Shown one piece after another: positions 62,701-64,000 of a DNA stretch of 64,000 nt (its first letter is position 1; every line of letters begins with the position of its first letter). The notes beneath the pieces were generated by a model. It worked only from the letters and a program-made list of their open reading frames with translations, was not told where the DNA came from and did not search any database. The stretch lies in assembly GCF_963506605.1 (NCBI RefSeq), contig NC_083277.1, positions 56,854,001 to 56,918,000 on the forward strand, read 5' to 3'. The DNA comes from Zootoca vivipara (Eukaryota). A program made the position numbers and the translations under genes.

Positions 62701-63659
62701 CAGGGTTTCCCAGACTTGGGTCTCCAGCTGTTTTTGGACTACAATTCCCATCATCCCTAGCTAGCAGGACCAGTGTTCAGGGGTGATGGGAATTGCAGTC
62801 CAAAAACAGCTGGAGACTCAAGTTTGGTAAACCCTGTTCTATGATATCTGGTCAATTCCATGCAATGACTTACAAACTTCAGAAAAGCAACTGTGTCATT
62901 ACTCTTGGCCTGCCCTGACCCCAGGATGTAATACGGTGTGGTTCTTACCAGGATGCGGTCAAGCACAGTGCCACCTACAGCCCACACGAGCACGGAGCCA
63001 TCATTGGAAGAAGAGAAGAGGAGTCGTGCCTGCGCCCAGGACTGGAAGTGGGTGACTCGGCCAGCATGCTCCTTGGCGCAGAGGGACATGTGCCCATTCT
63101 CCGCGTCCCACCATTTGATCACTCCATCTATCAGGGCAAGAAGGGTAACAATATATGGCTTGTTTAGCTAGGGGCTCATTTTGGGAGGAACGTCTCCAGC
63201 TCATTTGGAGAGAGATGCCTTAAGGAAAAACCTGATGGGTTTTGAATGAGGGCACTGTGCTAGCATGGCATTCCCTGATGAGAACTCAAGCATAAATTCA
63301 GAGGTCATATAGGGACATGGGGACATGTGCTGAAAGCATGTAGATGAGACAGAAAGCAGACTCTTGGTGCAGGTGAAAGATATACTGCGTTTTGGGCTGT
63401 ACTCTTGTTGTGGGGATGGAAATGGGGGTCTATTATGTGATGTAACTGTCCAAGATTTGGGCATGTTATACGAAGCAGGCATGGAAGTTGGGTAGAATTT
63501 AATGCTGTAATGCTCACAAAGAACTGGGAAAATGTACCTCTCTAGCTAGGACTCACCTTCAAAGCCGGTGAGGCACTCCCGTCGGGCTGAATGGTAGCCA
63601 AGAGCTGTTATGGGACGGCGATGACGTTCTTTCACCTTCAGATGCTCTTGCATAGCCAT
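44760..63659 (-). CDS. Uncharacterised WD40-repeat protein (~749 aa, probable double beta-propeller)
   Basis: Phase-compatible exons 63659-63557, 63127-62949, 61602-61397, 61031-60894, 53651-53468, 51982-51889, 51094-50996, 50789-50699, 49926-49720, 49390-49282, 47905-47669 (internal structure uncertain), 47416-47292, 47050-46867, 46642-46530, 46432-46339, 44846-44760 (2250 nt). Many WD signatures: GFEDGVIKWWD, SSSNDGSVLVW, SGSFDQTVGIW, LCGH...LSGGWDGKLCLWD, LCGH...VSGAEDGSIRLW, YTGH...VSVSLDGTVCMW. An acceptor precedes the ATG, so upstream exons may lie outside the window. Confidence 0.85.
45372..45507. mobile_element. Palindromic hAT MITE, young
   Basis: CAGGCATCCCCAAACT...AGTTTGGGGATGCCTG TIRs; perfect 8-bp TSD GCTTAGGC. 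Confidence 0.9.
54858..55274 (+). repeat. 5' LTR
   Basis: TGTGAGGG...CCCTCTGACA; AATAAA at 55209-55214; identical to the 3' LTR except G55141 vs A60540. Confidence 0.97.
55277..55287 (+). promoter_or_regulatory. Self-priming primer-binding site
   Basis: AACCTCCGAAT, 2 nt after the 5' LTR, is the exact reverse complement of ATTCGGAGGTT at 55137-55147; there is no TGG tRNA-type PBS. Confidence 0.8.
55316..56557 (+). CDS. gag: Retrotransposon Gag (413 aa)
   Basis: N-terminal coiled coil, capsid-like region (KFSGDP...FIIEHLTGAAREW...LTQGKSTVRDYWARF), EPMEIG motif, zinc knuckle CFLCNSPRHRVRDC (CX2CX4HX4C). Confidence 0.93.
   Translation: MSAQEAEQWRLEAEAAKQELRNLTAQAQQQLHAAQEEARGAQEELNKLVDQVRTKEETEKQLRVMVLDLQKKLEEEKAARGGGAPQPQLVQVRRGQSLVTKFSGDPREYLGFETEINYALELHAAEFPDDAHRVSFIIEHLTGAAREWVRPLIAQKNPCMKNAKLFLEALKIMYASDSEMEATKQELHNLTQGKSTVRDYWARFTMLVHKLGWDLQSEPVKSAFYLGLHADVKDELARGPRPRTMDELSKAALAVGVRQESRWYDKQATRAAKPWFPRSQDRPHHQTPPQGPPPDPPRPSPEPEPMEIGGARARAFQTPAAPRRKEGRGGNCFLCNSPRHRVRDCPHRREWQGKAGTVVPSPTEAAPQQGNETAWLQETRGSSQAQSADNSPSPPTRTERSRASPPLPEQEWF
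56422..56491 (+). promoter_or_regulatory. Programmed -1 ribosomal frameshift signal
   Basis: G_GGA_AAC in the gag frame (56422-56428), 6-nt spacer, 10-bp stem GCCTGGCTGC/GCAGCCAGGC; the -1 frame stays open into the protease. Confidence 0.85.
56422..56763 (+). CDS. pol: Pol N-terminal part: aspartic protease (-1 frame), cut off at a C11 run
   Basis: VLALIDSGASANF active-site motif; the frame ends at TGA 56761-56763, just after the homopolymer at 56749-56759. Confidence 0.85.
   Translation, partial: GKRDSLAAGDKGQQPGTVSRQQPQPAHPHREEQSQPTPPRAGVVLEVTLTLPNGYPLTVLALIDSGASANFFSRNFAEEHQIQLLQLDFPLHVATIDGRELLGGAITHQPPPP
56760..60563 (+). CDS. pol: Pol: end of protease, reverse transcriptase, RNase H, integrase, chromodomain and long C-terminal tail (1267 aa open frame)
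   Basis: RT: KLDLRGAYNLIRI, MPFGL, FLDD. RNase H: ETDAS, RELLAI, TDHKNL, ADALSR. Integrase: HHCC, SMDFI / SDRG / QAERVN, GPF. Chromodomain: ILDSR...EYLIAW. Confidence 0.96.
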   Translation: MRMTVGRHSETLAFNVTTISDPPIVLGMSWLARHDPSISWHQRCITFGSDFCLEHCMQHQPGEGPPIATVATMHVKGGEAIPKQYWDLQEVFSEAESDHLPPHRSFDCQINLVPGATIPPAKLYAMSDQELEDLRAFIDKNLKRGFIRESKAAGGSPVFWVDKKDTQQRRLVVDFRRLNSVTEPVAFPMPRVDDLLTAARRGKIFTKLDLRGAYNLIRIREGDEWKTTMFTPLGSFEYLVMPFGLQGGSACFQAFMHHVLGSLLFKNCLVFLDDILIYSADPVQHVKDVREVLQRLKENHLYVKLEKCKFHPREVDFLGYKLSDKGLAMDKDKVQAILDWHSPRTRKDAQRLLGFANFYRKFIKNFSRVTAPITDCLRGKQKFRWTPEAQAAFESLKRVFASDQNLFHVVQDAPLRIETDASDRALGAILLQLDANREWRPCAFFSRKLTQPERNYTVFDRELLAIHAAFQHWRHFLVGAKHPIQVCTDHKNLEFWRTARVLNQRQIRWAEFFSNFNFSIHYIPGEQNVRADALSRKPEYMEQELPPAPRHIFPPSAWSCGAAVVSEAELTALTAADEFASRIFRELRGGREQAKDFEERRGLLFYRGALYLPTKQLRGKVLKQMHDNPMAGHFGRDKTTHLVMRHFWWPGVREDVRDYVRGCDTCQRAKVVRAPPAGLLEPLATPHRPWEVVSMDFITDLPSSRGKTAVLVVVDLMSKMCHFIPCARAVSAEETAKLFVDHVFRLHGLPLRVISDRGRQFVSRFWRQLMNLLQVEVSLSTARHPQTNGQAERVNAILQQYLRCYVSQRQTDWVDRLPLAEFAYNNAVHVSTGVSPFKANYGRDLRSFPEREGEEEEEGPQAEDWAEDLETVHQQLREHLERAKEAYKKGADRHRRPGEVIRVGDKVWLSSEGLPTRGRCKKLAPRRLGPFTVTQQVNPVAFRLALPEDMRVHPVFHRSLLSPYRESTRFRDSDQPPEGGGETGNARQLNEATEILDSRRGVRGLEYLIAWEDTPPSHNEWIPATEVPEEFLVEEFHALFPHRPKPWHMEREEEGEGQEEGIAGSSSPWRWEAEFEDTEEEVWVSPRSTTSEAGEDWQNIFTPTSSDATDFLGFPSSQGEGERSPDWGKNFTPTGSDATDFLGFHSSPASREPLGRGGEEPGRGVDVRDKGYREVPPILSSSPSPSAGESKESSASSGESGSGVRGSGKVVEPMPQVGQEVGRTGGRPIPPTPELRRKRRGKRLGLPKLWCWKKTRQSPFRGSDTSP
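60257..60673 (+). repeat. 3' LTR
   Basis: 417-bp copy of the 5' LTR; AATAAA at 60608-60613; followed by TSD CTATC. Confidence 0.97.
61672..61791. mobile_element. hAT MITE with a deletion in the right TIR
   Basis: Near-identical to the 45372 copy; flanks CTCTAAGG/CTCTAGGG. Confidence 0.8.
62701..62836. mobile_element. Palindromic hAT MITE
   Basis: CAGGGTTTCCCAGACTTGGG...CAAGTTTGGTAAACCCTG; same subfamily as 6021-6157. Confidence 0.8.
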
Positions 63660-64000
63660 GACTGAGATTAGGACCAGAGAACGTGGGGAAACACAGGGTC
63701 ATCCCTCTGGCAGATTTCCAAGTTCTTTGGGGAACGTTTGGGGCTTCTTTGGCGAGGACCTCCCAATCAACTGAAATTGTGTAACCTGAAGTTGCCGCTA
63801 TATCAGGCTGGAAGCAGCCTCAGTATAATGAGCCAGCCAGCTTGCTAATAGTTTCCTAGGGAATATTCTCTGGACCCATTAAAAAAAGAAGCAACCCAAG
63901 ACTTGCCCTATGAACTTTTACCTGCAAAAAGGGCACAATGAAGTTTTTCTTGACTGGGAGAGAAAAGTTGTACCATCTCAACTTTTCTCCTCTACCCTGT

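Overview
Eukaryotic genomic DNA from a squamate reptile, probably a lacertid lizard (inferred from Sauria SINE, Bov-B, CR1, L2 and lizard-type MITE content). The region is syntenic with human 5q35. Hand-spliced GT-AG gene models, left to right: (1) a + strand gene (~384 aa) with a class I Rab11-FIP-type C2 domain but no visible Rab11-binding domain; (2) B4GALT7, (3) TMED9 and (4) LMAN2, all on the - strand and in tandem; (5) an ARL3-like GTPase (187 aa, N-terminus MGEVQK); (6) a ~16-exon, ~750 aa WD40-repeat gene that I cannot assign to a mammalian orthologue. One intron of the WD40 gene holds a very young, nearly intact 5.8 kb Ty3/gypsy chromovirus of the Tf1/sushi type: 417-bp LTRs differing at one base and a CTATC target-site duplication. 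This element carries the most interesting signals. It has an 11-nt self-priming PBS instead of a tRNA PBS, a G_GGA_AAC -1 frameshift site with a stem/pseudoknot, and a degenerate chromodomain. Its long integrase tail contains two tandem acidic 'SDATDFLGF' motifs, conserved at the protein level, that resemble the host FxGF motifs binding LEDGF/p75 and other TFIIS-N-terminal-domain proteins. The tail reads on through the whole U3 of the 3' LTR. All coordinates were read by eye; no searches were run.
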